Assembly (NCBI GenBank): GCA_016214605.1
Contig: JACROD010000017.1
Location: 1,183-65,182, forward strand
DNA: 64,000 nucleotides
DNA from: Candidatus Kaiserbacteria bacterium
GTDB taxonomy: Bacteria; Patescibacteriota; Minisyncoccia; Phycocordibacterales; UBA2100
Reading direction: 5' to 3'
The number at the start of each line of letters is the position of its first letter. Positions within the stretch are counted from its first letter, which is position 1. The notes below the pieces were generated by a model that worked only from the letters and a program-made list of their open reading frames with translations, ran no database searches and was not told the DNA's origin. Made by a program: the position numbers and the translations under genes. This document shows positions 9,682-19,450 of this stretch, piece after piece.

Positions 9682-11445
9682 ATGTATTCAAAAGCAAAAA
9701 TTATCGACCTACAGAATGTGTCTCGCGTCTTCATCGTGTGTCTCACGGCAATCGTACTGTCGTTCGTGCACCCCGGCATCGCGAGCGCGGCTTCGGTCAA
9801 TCCTTGGTGGCCGGTAGACGGCGCGCACATGACGGGCGTTCAGCCGTTCAAGGCCGAGCTCTCGGGCGTCTCGGTCGATCAATACCAAATGTACTGGCAA
9901 GTCGACGGCGGCGGGCAGGTCGCGATGGACTCCAACTACACCGGCTATCCGCACAAAGAAGCATCGGTCAACGTCACGCTGTGGACATGGCGCGGGGCGG
10001 GGCCGTACACGGTGACCTTCGTCGCCAAGCAAAACGGCGCGATAGTCGCACAGCAATCGGTCTCGATATACAACGACGCATACACGCCGACTGTGACGAC
10101 ACCCATTGCGCCGACCCCGGCGCCTGCACCCGCTTCATCTGCACCGGTAGTATCGATCACGCAACCGGCGCCTGTACCGGCTCCCACTCCAGCCCCGACG
10201 CAAGTACAGATCAATGTCTGGTGGCCGACTGCAAACGCGACCGTGAGCGGCGTGCAACCCTTCAAGGCGATGATCGCCGGTATGGATACTTCGACGTATA
10301 GCATGTACTGGCAAGTCGACGGCGGTACCTTGAGCGTCATGAGCAACGACAACACCGGGTATCCCCACAAGGAAGCTTCGGTCAATGTCGGCGCGTGGAA
10401 TTGGAATGCGAGCGGGAACTACATGGTCACCTTCACCGCGAAAAACGCAAGCGGAAGCGTGATCGGACAGGTGAGTATTCCGGTACACATTCCCGTCACG
10501 ACGATCACCCAGTCTCCGCAAAATGCTACGGCGGGCACGGTCTCGCAACCAGCGACGACCTATAGCGGCAATCCGCTTGCAGGCATGACATTCTGGGTCA
10601 ATCCCCATTCGTCTGCCGCCTCACAAGCAGCCGCATGGAGCTCAAGCGACCCGACCGATGCGGCGCTCATGCGGATGCTCGCGGCACAGCCGACTGCGCA
10701 ATGGTTCGGCGGTTGGAATAGCAACATCCAAAACGACGTGCACGCCACGGTCGCGAGCGCACAAAGCGCCGGTGCTGTGCCTGTGCTTGTTGCGTACAAC
10801 ATCCCGTTTCGTGATTGCGGCGGATATTCTGCCGGAGGAGCCACAAGCTACGCAGCGTATACGAGCTGGATACAATCCTTCGCGGCAGGTATCGGCAGTG
10901 CCAAAGCCGTCGTGATCCTCGAGCCCGATGCGCTCGCGACGATCTCGTGTCTCTCGTCGAGCGATGCACAGACGCGGCTCACACTCCTCACCAATGCGGT
11001 AACGACGCTCAAGACAAACAGCAACACCAAAGTGTACATCGATGCCGGACACACGGGCTGGATCGATCATGCGCAGATGGCCAATGAACTGCGATCAGCA
11101 AATGTCGCTCACGCAGACGGATTCGCGCTCAACGTCTCCAACTTCGGTTGGACGAGCGACAACACCGCCTATGGCACTCAGATCTCCAATGACCTCGGCG
11201 GCGCGCACTTCGTGATCGACACCTCGCGCAACGGCCTCGGATCCACGCCCGATAATCAATGGTGCAATCCGGCGGGTCGCGGTATAGGTACGCATCCGAC
11301 CACGGCGACCGGCAATTCGCTGATCGATGCGCTCCTCTGGCTCAAAGTTCCCGGCGAATCCGACGGCAATTGCAACGGCGGTCCAAATGCCGGCACTTGG
11401 TGGTCCTCCTATGCCGTCGGTCTAGCCCAGCGAGGCGTGCAGTAA
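9682..11445 (+). CDS. Secreted glycoside hydrolase family 6 (endoglucanase/cellobiohydrolase-type) with two N-terminal tandem beta-sandwich-like domains
   Basis: Signal peptide. Two roughly 100-aa repeats (WWP...GVQPFKA...MYWQVDGG...GYPHKEASVNV...) are separated by a Pro/Thr/Ala linker. The catalytic domain carries GH6 signatures YNIPFRDCGG and VVILEPDALA, plus WLKVPGESDG. Confidence 0.8.
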   Translation: MYSKAKIIDLQNVSRVFIVCLTAIVLSFVHPGIASAASVNPWWPVDGAHMTGVQPFKAELSGVSVDQYQMYWQVDGGGQVAMDSNYTGYPHKEASVNVTLWTWRGAGPYTVTFVAKQNGAIVAQQSVSIYNDAYTPTVTTPIAPTPAPAPASSAPVVSITQPAPVPAPTPAPTQVQINVWWPTANATVSGVQPFKAMIAGMDTSTYSMYWQVDGGTLSVMSNDNTGYPHKEASVNVGAWNWNASGNYMVTFTAKNASGSVIGQVSIPVHIPVTTITQSPQNATAGTVSQPATTYSGNPLAGMTFWVNPHSSAASQAAAWSSSDPTDAALMRMLAAQPTAQWFGGWNSNIQNDVHATVASAQSAGAVPVLVAYNIPFRDCGGYSAGGATSYAAYTSWIQSFAAGIGSAKAVVILEPDALATISCLSSSDAQTRLTLLTNAVTTLKTNSNTKVYIDAGHTGWIDHAQMANELRSANVAHADGFALNVSNFGWTSDNTAYGTQISNDLGGAHFVIDTSRNGLGSTPDNQWCNPAGRGIGTHPTTATGNSLIDALLWLKVPGESDGNCNGGPNAGTWWSSYAVGLAQRGVQ

Positions 11446-11447
11446 GA

Positions 11448-12946
11448 TCACTGACGCGCGAGCGGCGTGTCGTATCGCAACTGATACACGTACAGATCAA
11501 GGTCGCGGGAGAAATGCTCAGTGCCGATCCGGCGATAATGCTGATCGAAGTATGATTTAATCGTCTGTTCGTATCCTTGATCGTAGCTCAAGACGAGCCA
11601 TGCTTTCTGATAGCCGTCCGTGAGCGTAGCGACTTGTGCGGGGAGCTGTGCAGGAGAGAATGCGGGTATCGGACCGGTATCGTAGCGGTTCCATATCGGC
11701 AGTGTCGCGAGTGTCGCGGGAGAATGATAGTAGTATTCTATCGGATAGATCGTAAACGGCGTGGAGAGTATGATCGTATCTTGCGGTCCGGCATGTTCGT
11801 TGATGTATGTCACTACCTGCCGATAATTCTCTTTGACCGGTGTCGCGGGGCTCTGGATCTGTATCACGAGCCCCGCGACCATGACGATCGCGACGCTCCA
11901 CCGCGCCGCTTGCGCCAATCGCGGCGGATATGCATCGAAAAAGTGCGCCAACACCAGATACAATGACGGAACGGTAAAGATGAGGTAGCGGCTGACGAAT
12001 ACGGGCGTTAAGACGAAACTTCCGATAAAGAGGGCGGCGAACGAGCATATGATAGTGTACAAGAAATACTCGGTCTCGAAACGGAATCTTGCGCCGCGTC
12101 GCAGCGCGAGAAATACCAAGATCACGGTGATCGGCCAGAGCGATACGAAGATCGTGTTGAGTGTATCGTCTTGAAATCCGAACACGAACTGGGAGAATGT
12201 ATTGAAGAGATCGACGGTCGTTGGAGGCATCAAGAGGGGAAGTTGCATCCCAGCTTCTTTCAGTGCGTACACATACCACACCCATGGCGCGAATGAAAAG
12301 ACGAGTACGGCCGCGACGATGCTGAATCGCGCCAACGACCGCGGAGGAAACAACGAGCGGTGCAGGAAATAAAATACGGCTTGCGCCGCCAAGCTCAAAA
12401 AGAACAGATAGTGCGTATAGATGCCGAGCATCGCGGTCGTCCCGTAGCCGATCCATATGCGAGCGCTGCCTTGCTTGATGATCCGCAGGAAGAAGAATTG
12501 ATTGAGTATGATGAGCAGAGTGAAGAGCGCATACATGCGTATCTCATTGCCGTACCAATTCATGAATGGAGAGAGGCCGAAGAGGACCGACGCATACAGT
12601 CCCGTCGAACGGGAATACGCAAGGCGTCCCAGTATATAGATTGCGGGGATCGACAGGATATAGAACACGAGCGAGAGCGAGCGTGCGGCGGCGACAGAGC
12701 TGCCGAACGCGACGCGCCACATATGCAGCAGTATGTGGAAGAGCGGCACATGCACATCCTTGGCGACGATCATCAGTAGCGCGGACGGACTCCGGCCCGA
12801 TTCCCAGAGGCTCTGTGCTTCATCGAGTCGCAAGCTCTGCGGCAAGAGAAAGAAGACCGAGACGGCGGCGCAAAAGATCATGGTCGACATGAGTATGATG
12901 ACTGTGCTCCAAAAATGCCGTCTTTCTCGCGGCGGATTAATCTGCA
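11448..12946 (-). CDS. GT-C membrane glycosyltransferase of the ArnT/PMT (GT39/GT83-like) family
   Basis: Multi-TM protein. The first periplasmic loop has LRLDEAQSLWESG (DE motif), and the C-terminal soluble domain is present. The ORF-track start (13064) overlaps the upstream gene, so the start is probably the ATG at 12946. Confidence 0.6.
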
Positions 12947-14532
12947 TATGAACTTTGCGTTTGCATAAGCTGTCCCGGGCTGAGGATATCTTCTCTCCGC
13001 AAGGCTTCCTCGGCGGATCTTTGTACGGCGACGGCGGCGTTTGCTTTCTCCGGCCATGACGCATAGATAAAGGGTATAAAGATCGTCACGTTGAAGAGGG
13101 CCCACATGCTGTTGTTGAGGAGCGATGCAGTCACTCCTTCTCGGTCGTATGCGACCACTATCCCGACCAATGCGAGCGCGCAGTAGAACAAGTGCCATTT
13201 GACGATCGGAAGGAAGTTTCCTTCGAGCGCTCGTTTCGACGTGACAAGAAAATCATTTTTCCTCCCGGTGAGTGCCGCGAAAAACGCCGCCGTGTGAATG
13301 CTGAACGATCCCATGGAAAAACCGAGCGACCGGAAGGTGAAGTGTGCGTTCGATACGCGCTGAATGACATAGAATGTCAGGAAGATATAGGGAAGAAAGA
13401 TGGCGGCGAGAAGCATGCTATTCATCTGTACCGCGACCGCTCCCGTATAAAAGAATGCGATCGGCAAGAGCGCATCGATCATAACGACGATGCCGGAAAG
13501 GTAGAAACTTGCCGAAGAGAGATATTGTATGCGCTGCGCTCCGGTGAGGCCGCGCATAAAGAGCGGATTGTAGCGGAAAATGACGTCGAATGCGCCGCGC
13601 GCCCAGCGGAACTGCTGTGTCGAATATGAGCGCAGATCTTCCGTCGCGAGACCCTCTGCCAGTACTTCGGGCACGTATACCGATCGATACCCTCGCGCAT
13701 GCATAAGCAGGCCGGTGACGAAGTCTTCGGCGATACTGTCGGTCTTCATGCCGCCGACCGTCGCGAGCGCCGCACGTGAGATGACCATGTTGGTGCCGCA
13801 GAGGGTCGCGCTATTGAGGCGATTCTTGCCCTTGCAAATGGGCCCGAAGAAAAGCTCCTGCTGTTCCCATGAGCCGTTGGTGAGGTGACTCTTTTCGAGA
13901 TTCTTGTAGAACTGCGGCGTCTGCACGAACGCGACCTTATCATCGACGAAATACGGCACGGTCTTTGCGAGGAAGTCGGCATGCGGCACATGATCCGCGT
14001 CGAAGATGGCGATGAGCGGGCTTCGCGTGAGCGACAGCGCGTGATTGATGTTGCCGGCCTTCGCGCCTCCGGGTATCTGTCGCGTGATGCACGAGACACC
14101 GAGACGCGCGGCCAATGTCTCCATGTCGCGCCAATTCTTTTTGCCGGCGACGTACCCATCATTCAAGATATATACCTTGAACGATGGGTACGTCATCTGC
14201 TTGGCGGCGCGCACCGTTGCTTCCATGATCTCGATGGATTCGCCCGCAGCGGTGATATATACGTCGACCGAAGGACGCAGCAGCGTATTGCGCGGTGCGA
14301 TGTGGCGGGTGTCCCATACCGTGTAGAGGAACGTGAGCACTTGCCACAAGTGAAACGCCTCACCCGCGATGAGAAAACCGAACAGTATGCGATTTCCCGG
14401 CATGAAGAAAAAGGTGATCGCTATAAAATAAGTGATCGCCATGATCGCGTTGAAGGCAAGAAGCACGCGGGGCGATTCCGTCCTGAGAAAAGAATGTTTC
14501 CGGTCGCTCATGTCGTAAACATATTTCATAGG
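12937..14532 (-). CDS. Processive family-2 beta-glycosyltransferase, cellulose synthase (BcsA/CesA)-like, no PilZ domain
   Basis: Motifs DGY, FDADHVP (DxD), ATEDL (TED) and QQFRWARG (QxxRW), with TM helices on both sides. The likely start is MKYVYDMSDRK at 14532. The longer ORF-track start overlaps the GH8 gene. Confidence 0.75.
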   Translation of the reverse strand, partial: PMKYVYDMSDRKHSFLRTESPRVLLAFNAIMAITYFIAITFFFMPGNRILFGFLIAGEAFHLWQVLTFLYTVWDTRHIAPRNTLLRPSVDVYITAAGESIEIMEATVRAAKQMTYPSFKVYILNDGYVAGKKNWRDMETLAARLGVSCITRQIPGGAKAGNINHALSLTRSPLIAIFDADHVPHADFLAKTVPYFVDDKVAFVQTPQFYKNLEKSHLTNGSWEQQELFFGPICKGKNRLNSATLCGTNMVISRAALATVGGMKTDSIAEDFVTGLLMHARGYRSVYVPEVLAEGLATEDLRSYSTQQFRWARGAFDVIFRYNPLFMRGLTGAQRIQYLSSASFYLSGIVVMIDALLPIAFFYTGAVAVQMNSMLLAAIFLPYIFLTFYVIQRVSNAHFTFRSLGFSMGSFSIHTAAFFAALTGRKNDFLVTSKRALEGNFLPIVKWHLFYCALALVGIVVAYDREGVTASLLNNSMWALFNVTIFIPFIYASWPEKANAAVAVQRSAEEALRREDILSPGQLMQTQSSYAD

Positions 14533-15785
14533 CTTGCTTGATCTAGTGATAATCGGGGAAGGGATGCGGCGATGTTTGGGAGGAGGTCGTTGTACAATGC
14601 GATGCCGAACCATGCCCAGTTGTCGCCGTAGTACGACATGTCGGTATTCCACGTATTGTTATCGGGGCTGAACAAGCTTTCCAGCTTCGTCGTGTACACG
14701 ACGGGCGCGAGTGAGGGATCGACCGTCATGAAATATCCGATCGTGCCGCCGTACATGGCCGGCGATTCATGCGCTGTGCCGGTCGCCGTCGATCCGTCGT
14801 GCGCGTATGTCGCGTACAGAAAGCTGTTTTTGTTCCATTCTTCCGAAAGGAACGAGAATCTCTTGAGTATGGCTTGGTCGTGCGAGTCGTGGAACCATTG
14901 CCAGTCGAGCGTAAGCCGCCACGGCAGCCGCAAGGCGTTGTATCCGAAATCGGTCGTGGTCTCGGGAGTGTCATGCAAAGGTTCGATCGCGCCGGTCTGC
15001 TTGTGGATGCGTATCCAGTCGGGTGGCAGATCGGCGCTCTTTTTCTTGTCGAGGGTGCTATCCGATGCGCGCGCGATCAGATCATATGAACTATCGACAA
15101 GCTCCAGCCATGGGTGTGCGGTGTCGATCCGGGCGAAAATGCGAAAAGCAGCCGGATTCAAATAGGACGGATTGACCGCCGCCCATGGAGACGTCGAAGT
15201 CTTCTCAAGGCTGTCGGCTGTGAGATATGGTGTCCCTTGTATGGTGATGACCTCGGCATTCCAGATAGCCGCGATGGTCGTGCTCGCACTCTCGAGGTAC
15301 GCGGGATCTTGCCAGCGTGCATATGCGAACACAAGCGACAACGCGATATCCACGTCTGCATCAGATGCGCTCGTCATTCCGCCTTGGTCGGCGAGTATTC
15401 CGTAGGTGCCGTCGCCCTGCTTTCCGTAGAGCCATGCAAACACATGATCGGGGCGTTCGAGCGCGCGGTGCGTCCAACCCCACGAAGTGTCGAATGTCTC
15501 CTTGTCTCCCATCCAGACGGCGCGCATCATCGTATAGCTTTGTCCTTCGGACGTTGTTGTATTGTTGTGGCCTGGATCGATCGTGCGTCCGTCGCTCGCA
15601 ACATACACTTTTTTGTAACTGTTCCACAATGCGGACAACATCTGTGGAGGCGAAAAGACGAGCGCTTTACTCCCTTGATGAACGCTAAAATAGCCGCCTC
15701 CGGCCACGCCAGCGATCATCACGGCGCCCAAAAGACAGTTCGCGACTCGGGATCTTTTCATGTTATATGCGGGCCTGTTCATCAT
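14526..15785 (-). CDS. Glycoside hydrolase family 8 endoglucanase (BcsZ-like)
   Basis: N-terminal TM/signal. Has TSEGQSY and the GH8 signature ASDADVDIALSLVFAYARW. Confidence 0.8.
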   Translation of the reverse strand: MMNRPAYNMKRSRVANCLLGAVMIAGVAGGGYFSVHQGSKALVFSPPQMLSALWNSYKKVYVASDGRTIDPGHNNTTTSEGQSYTMMRAVWMGDKETFDTSWGWTHRALERPDHVFAWLYGKQGDGTYGILADQGGMTSASDADVDIALSLVFAYARWQDPAYLESASTTIAAIWNAEVITIQGTPYLTADSLEKTSTSPWAAVNPSYLNPAAFRIFARIDTAHPWLELVDSSYDLIARASDSTLDKKKSADLPPDWIRIHKQTGAIEPLHDTPETTTDFGYNALRLPWRLTLDWQWFHDSHDQAILKRFSFLSEEWNKNSFLYATYAHDGSTATGTAHESPAMYGGTIGYFMTVDPSLAPVVYTTKLESLFSPDNNTWNTDMSYYGDNWAWFGIALYNDLLPNIAASLPRLSLDQASL

Positions 15786-16549
15786 AGCGATCTTGGGTTG
15801 GCGTGAACCATATCTTGGTGCGGAATGGACGGCGCAATAAGAGAAGCCGAACCCAGTTCACTCATATAAAGGGACAGAAGTTCGCGGATCGCGCGGAAGA
15901 TGACCGACGGTTTTGCTCCGGTCGGCGATCCATAGATGCGTGGTAAATGAGAGACCGGTACTTCTTTGATCGGGATGCCGCGCCGCATCAATCGGACCAA
16001 AAGTTCCGCATTGACCATCGCGCCGTCGGACGTGATCCGTATTTGTTTGATCACGGAGCGCTCGAATAGCTTGAACGCGCAATCAATATCGCGTATCCGC
16101 AGGCCGAAAAAGATCCTATTGAGAATATTCCAGCCCTTTGCATTGACCAGCCGCATGAACGAATCGCGCCGCGGTGCACGGTATCCTGTTACAACACAGT
16201 ACTCAGGCACATGGATCACCAAATGCTCCAGTTCCAAGAGGTCGAATTGCATATCGGCATCCGTGAAAAACACGTATTGCATGCGCGCTTCTTGGAATCC
16301 TGTCTTGAGCGCGGCACCATAGCCCTGGTTTGTCGGGTGATGCACGGTGCGGACCTCCGTATGGCGCTGGGCGAGCAGATCGGCGAGTGCGGGAGTTGCA
16401 TCGGTGCTCCCGTCGTCGATAATCACTATTTCATACGCTTTCACATACGGGCATTGCCTCGCAACGTCAATCGCGCGCTCCACCATGGAGACGATATTCC
16501 GCTCCTCATTGAAGGTGGGAAAGAAGATACTGATCGATATTTGTCGCAT
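15782..16549 (-). CDS. Family-2 glycosyltransferase, polyprenyl-phosphate sugar synthase (DPM1/GtrB-like)
   Basis: 255 aa. Motifs IVIIDDGSTDAT and FTDADMQFD (DxD). It is the first gene of a minus-strand operon that continues into the GH8, BcsA-like and GT-C genes. Confidence 0.75.
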   Translation of the reverse strand: MRQISISIFFPTFNEERNIVSMVERAIDVARQCPYVKAYEIVIIDDGSTDATPALADLLAQRHTEVRTVHHPTNQGYGAALKTGFQEARMQYVFFTDADMQFDLLELEHLVIHVPEYCVVTGYRAPRRDSFMRLVNAKGWNILNRIFFGLRIRDIDCAFKLFERSVIKQIRITSDGAMVNAELLVRLMRRGIPIKEVPVSHLPRIYGSPTGAKPSVIFRAIRELLSLYMSELGSASLIAPSIPHQDMVHANPRSL

Positions 16550-16727
16550 ATATTCCCGAGTGTATGCGTCGGATCATTAAGTTTGGCTGAAGTATGCATG
16601 GCTCATTTGGATTCTGAATTTAAAATCAAAACATGAACGGCGGCTTTCAGGTGTTCATTAACCCAAAACTCACGTGTGCTCGTTCATATTGCGACCATTA
16701 TCGCGTAATTATTTTTCATGATCGAAT

Positions 16728-19358
16728 ATGACCACTAAACACCTGCATCTCATGATCGCCTTCGCGGCCCTTATCAGCGTGCTCTTTTCATGTGCCGGCA
16801 CTTCATACGCGGCCGCGGTCGTGCCTGCCGGTTTCCAGATCAATACGATCGTGAGCGGATTGAATCTCCCGACGTCATTCACGTTTGCTCCCGACGGCCG
16901 CATGTTTATCACCGAAAAATCGGGAACCGTACGGATATTCAAAAACGGCCAGCTTCTCTCGACCCCTGTCATACGCTTACCCGACTTGAATGATTTTGGC
17001 GATCGGGGACTTGAATCGATCGCACTCGATCCCGATTTCTCCCACAACGGCTATATGTATGTGGCATATACGTATGAGAACACGCCGGGGCAAAATTACA
17101 CCGGACCAAAGACCGGGCGCATCGTGCGATTCACGGTTGTCGGCGACACGGCCGATTTCAACAGTCGCGTTGTGATATTGGGCACGGTCGGAGGTGATGC
17201 GGCACATCCTTCGTGTTCGACGTTTGCCATAACGAACGATTGCATCCTCTCGGACGCCAGTACCCATTCGATGGGGGATATGCACTTCGGGCCCGACGGC
17301 AAGCTCTATGCGAGCCTTGGCGACGGTGCAGGGTACACCGGTGTGGACCCGCTCGCTCTCTTTGCGCTCGACACCCGTGCGCTTGCCGGCAAAATCGTGC
17401 GCATCAATACCGACGGCACCGGTGTCTCGGACAATCCATTCTATACCGGCAACGCCCATGACAACCAGTCGAAGATATGGACGTCTGGTCATCGCAACAG
17501 CTACCGTTTCAGCTTCCGATCGACCGACGGGAAGCTCTTTTTCGGCGAAGTGGGGTGGTCCACGTGGGAAGAGATAGACATCGGCGTCAAAGGGGCCGAC
17601 TACGGCTGGCCATGCCGTGAAGGATATGTCGCGACTGCATACAATTGCACGCCGCCGACTTCATGGACCGACCCTATCTACGTATTCGATCATACTACCG
17701 GGACGGCATCGGTGATCGGTGGCATTTTCCCTGCGGCAGGCGTGTATCCTGCGCAATACACCGGCAATTACTTCTTTGGCGATTACAGCAACGACCGCAT
17801 CAAGCGTATGGTGCTCAACGGCGACGATACCGTCGCGTCGGTCGAGGATTTCATCACGGGCGCCGGCGGGCCGGTCGATTTCGTTCCCGGTCTCGACGGC
17901 ACGATCTACTATTCTTCGATCAATACCGGCCAGATCAGGCAGATCGCGTTTTCAAACGCGAACCGTCCGCCGGTCGCAAGAGTGAGCGCGAATCCGATGA
18001 CCGGTGTGCCGCCGTTTTCCGTGCATTTCTCGGGTGCCAATTCGAGCGATCCCGACAACGATCAGATCACCTATCGGTGGGATTTCGGCGACGGAAGCAC
18101 TGTATCTACTGCGGTGAGTCCCGATCATGTCTATTCATCGTTGGGCACGTACACCGCGACACTCACCGTGACGGATTCTCATGGGGCTGTCGGTACTGCG
18201 ACCGCCGGTATCATCGTGACAAACACCCCGGTGATCAATGCGCTTCCGCATGTGACGCAGACGGTCCAATCTCCCGTGCCGCCCAATGCCGTGGGGCGCG
18301 ACGTGCTGGTCACGAGCACGATAACGAACAGCGGCGCCGCGAGTCCGTTCATCATTGATTTTGAGATCTATAATACGAGCGGACAGCTAGCCGCGCAGAA
18401 GATCTATAACGGGCAAACGATCCCCACGGGAGGACATGCCGACTATGCGATCGACTGGTTTCCCGGCACGGTCGGCGACTACACGGTCAAAGTCGGATTG
18501 TTCAAGGCCGGCTGGGTGGGCATGTACGAGTGGAATGATCAAGCGCTCTTGCTGCATATAGTCGATCGCGCCGCGACAGAATCCTCCTTTGCACATCAGG
18601 GTACGACACTGTCGCCCGCATCTCCCGCGGTTGGGAATGCGGATCTGATCACCAGCACGATCACCAATACCGGTGGCGCAGGATCGGCCTTGGTGGATAT
18701 GGAAGTGTACAAGGATGGGATCAAGGTCGGACAGAAATTCTTTAACGATCAGGTCTTTGCCGCAGGACAATCAAGAGATTTCTCGTATTCATTCACACCG
18801 CTTGCCGCTGGCACGTATACGGTTTCGATCGGCGTGTTCAAGCCGGGCTGGACGGGTATCTATGCATGGTTCGATCAGGTAGCCGCGTTCAGTACTATGA
18901 GTGCGGATCAGAGTGTGTCTATTTATCAGGATGCGCTGGCACCGGGCTGGTACAATTGGTCGTGGGGCAGTACGCAGGATTTCTCCGACACCTCACTCGT
19001 ATTCGCGGGAACGAATGCAATGAGGGTCGCCTATGATGCGCCGTGGGGCGGTCTCTTCCTCCATCACGCGGGCATCAATACATCCGGCAAGAGAGCGCTC
19101 TCCTTCGTTATCGCCGGATCAGGCGGCGGCGGGCAAAATCTCCAGATCTATACCTTCGACAGCAACGGCGTACAATCGTCGGTCAAGAACCTCTCCGCGT
19201 ATGTGCCTGATGGGACCATAATTGCAAATACCTGGAAACAGGTCTCCATCCCGCTTGCGGATATCGGTGCGGATAACAAGGCGATAAGCGGTATTATCGT
19301 TCAGTCGGCAGGTGCGGCAAGCGCCCGCGTCGATATCGACGCGATGCAAATACAGTAA
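16728..19358 (+). CDS. Large secreted multidomain protein: PQQ-dependent sugar dehydrogenase-like beta-propeller, PKD domain, two repeated ~100-aa Ig-like domains and a C-terminal CBM-like domain
   Basis: Signal peptide. SGLNLPTSFTFAPDGRMFITEKSGTVRIF matches the soluble glucose/sorbosone dehydrogenase family. PKD signature PPFSVHFSGANSSDPDNDQITYRWDFGDGS ... YTATLTVTD. Two paralogous repeats (ITSTITN[ST]G ... FKAGW / FKPGW). Confidence 0.65.
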   Translation: MTTKHLHLMIAFAALISVLFSCAGTSYAAAVVPAGFQINTIVSGLNLPTSFTFAPDGRMFITEKSGTVRIFKNGQLLSTPVIRLPDLNDFGDRGLESIALDPDFSHNGYMYVAYTYENTPGQNYTGPKTGRIVRFTVVGDTADFNSRVVILGTVGGDAAHPSCSTFAITNDCILSDASTHSMGDMHFGPDGKLYASLGDGAGYTGVDPLALFALDTRALAGKIVRINTDGTGVSDNPFYTGNAHDNQSKIWTSGHRNSYRFSFRSTDGKLFFGEVGWSTWEEIDIGVKGADYGWPCREGYVATAYNCTPPTSWTDPIYVFDHTTGTASVIGGIFPAAGVYPAQYTGNYFFGDYSNDRIKRMVLNGDDTVASVEDFITGAGGPVDFVPGLDGTIYYSSINTGQIRQIAFSNANRPPVARVSANPMTGVPPFSVHFSGANSSDPDNDQITYRWDFGDGSTVSTAVSPDHVYSSLGTYTATLTVTDSHGAVGTATAGIIVTNTPVINALPHVTQTVQSPVPPNAVGRDVLVTSTITNSGAASPFIIDFEIYNTSGQLAAQKIYNGQTIPTGGHADYAIDWFPGTVGDYTVKVGLFKAGWVGMYEWNDQALLLHIVDRAATESSFAHQGTTLSPASPAVGNADLITSTITNTGGAGSALVDMEVYKDGIKVGQKFFNDQVFAAGQSRDFSYSFTPLAAGTYTVSIGVFKPGWTGIYAWFDQVAAFSTMSADQSVSIYQDALAPGWYNWSWGSTQDFSDTSLVFAGTNAMRVAYDAPWGGLFLHHAGINTSGKRALSFVIAGSGGGGQNLQIYTFDSNGVQSSVKNLSAYVPDGTIIANTWKQVSIPLADIGADNKAISGIIVQSAGAASARVDIDAMQIQ

Positions 19359-19450
19359 AATATCCCGGTAATGAACAATAATGAAGAATTCATTATTTCT
19401 TCATAATCGGGCTGGTATGATAGAGAGGCGCTTCAGAGCGACGCAATTCC

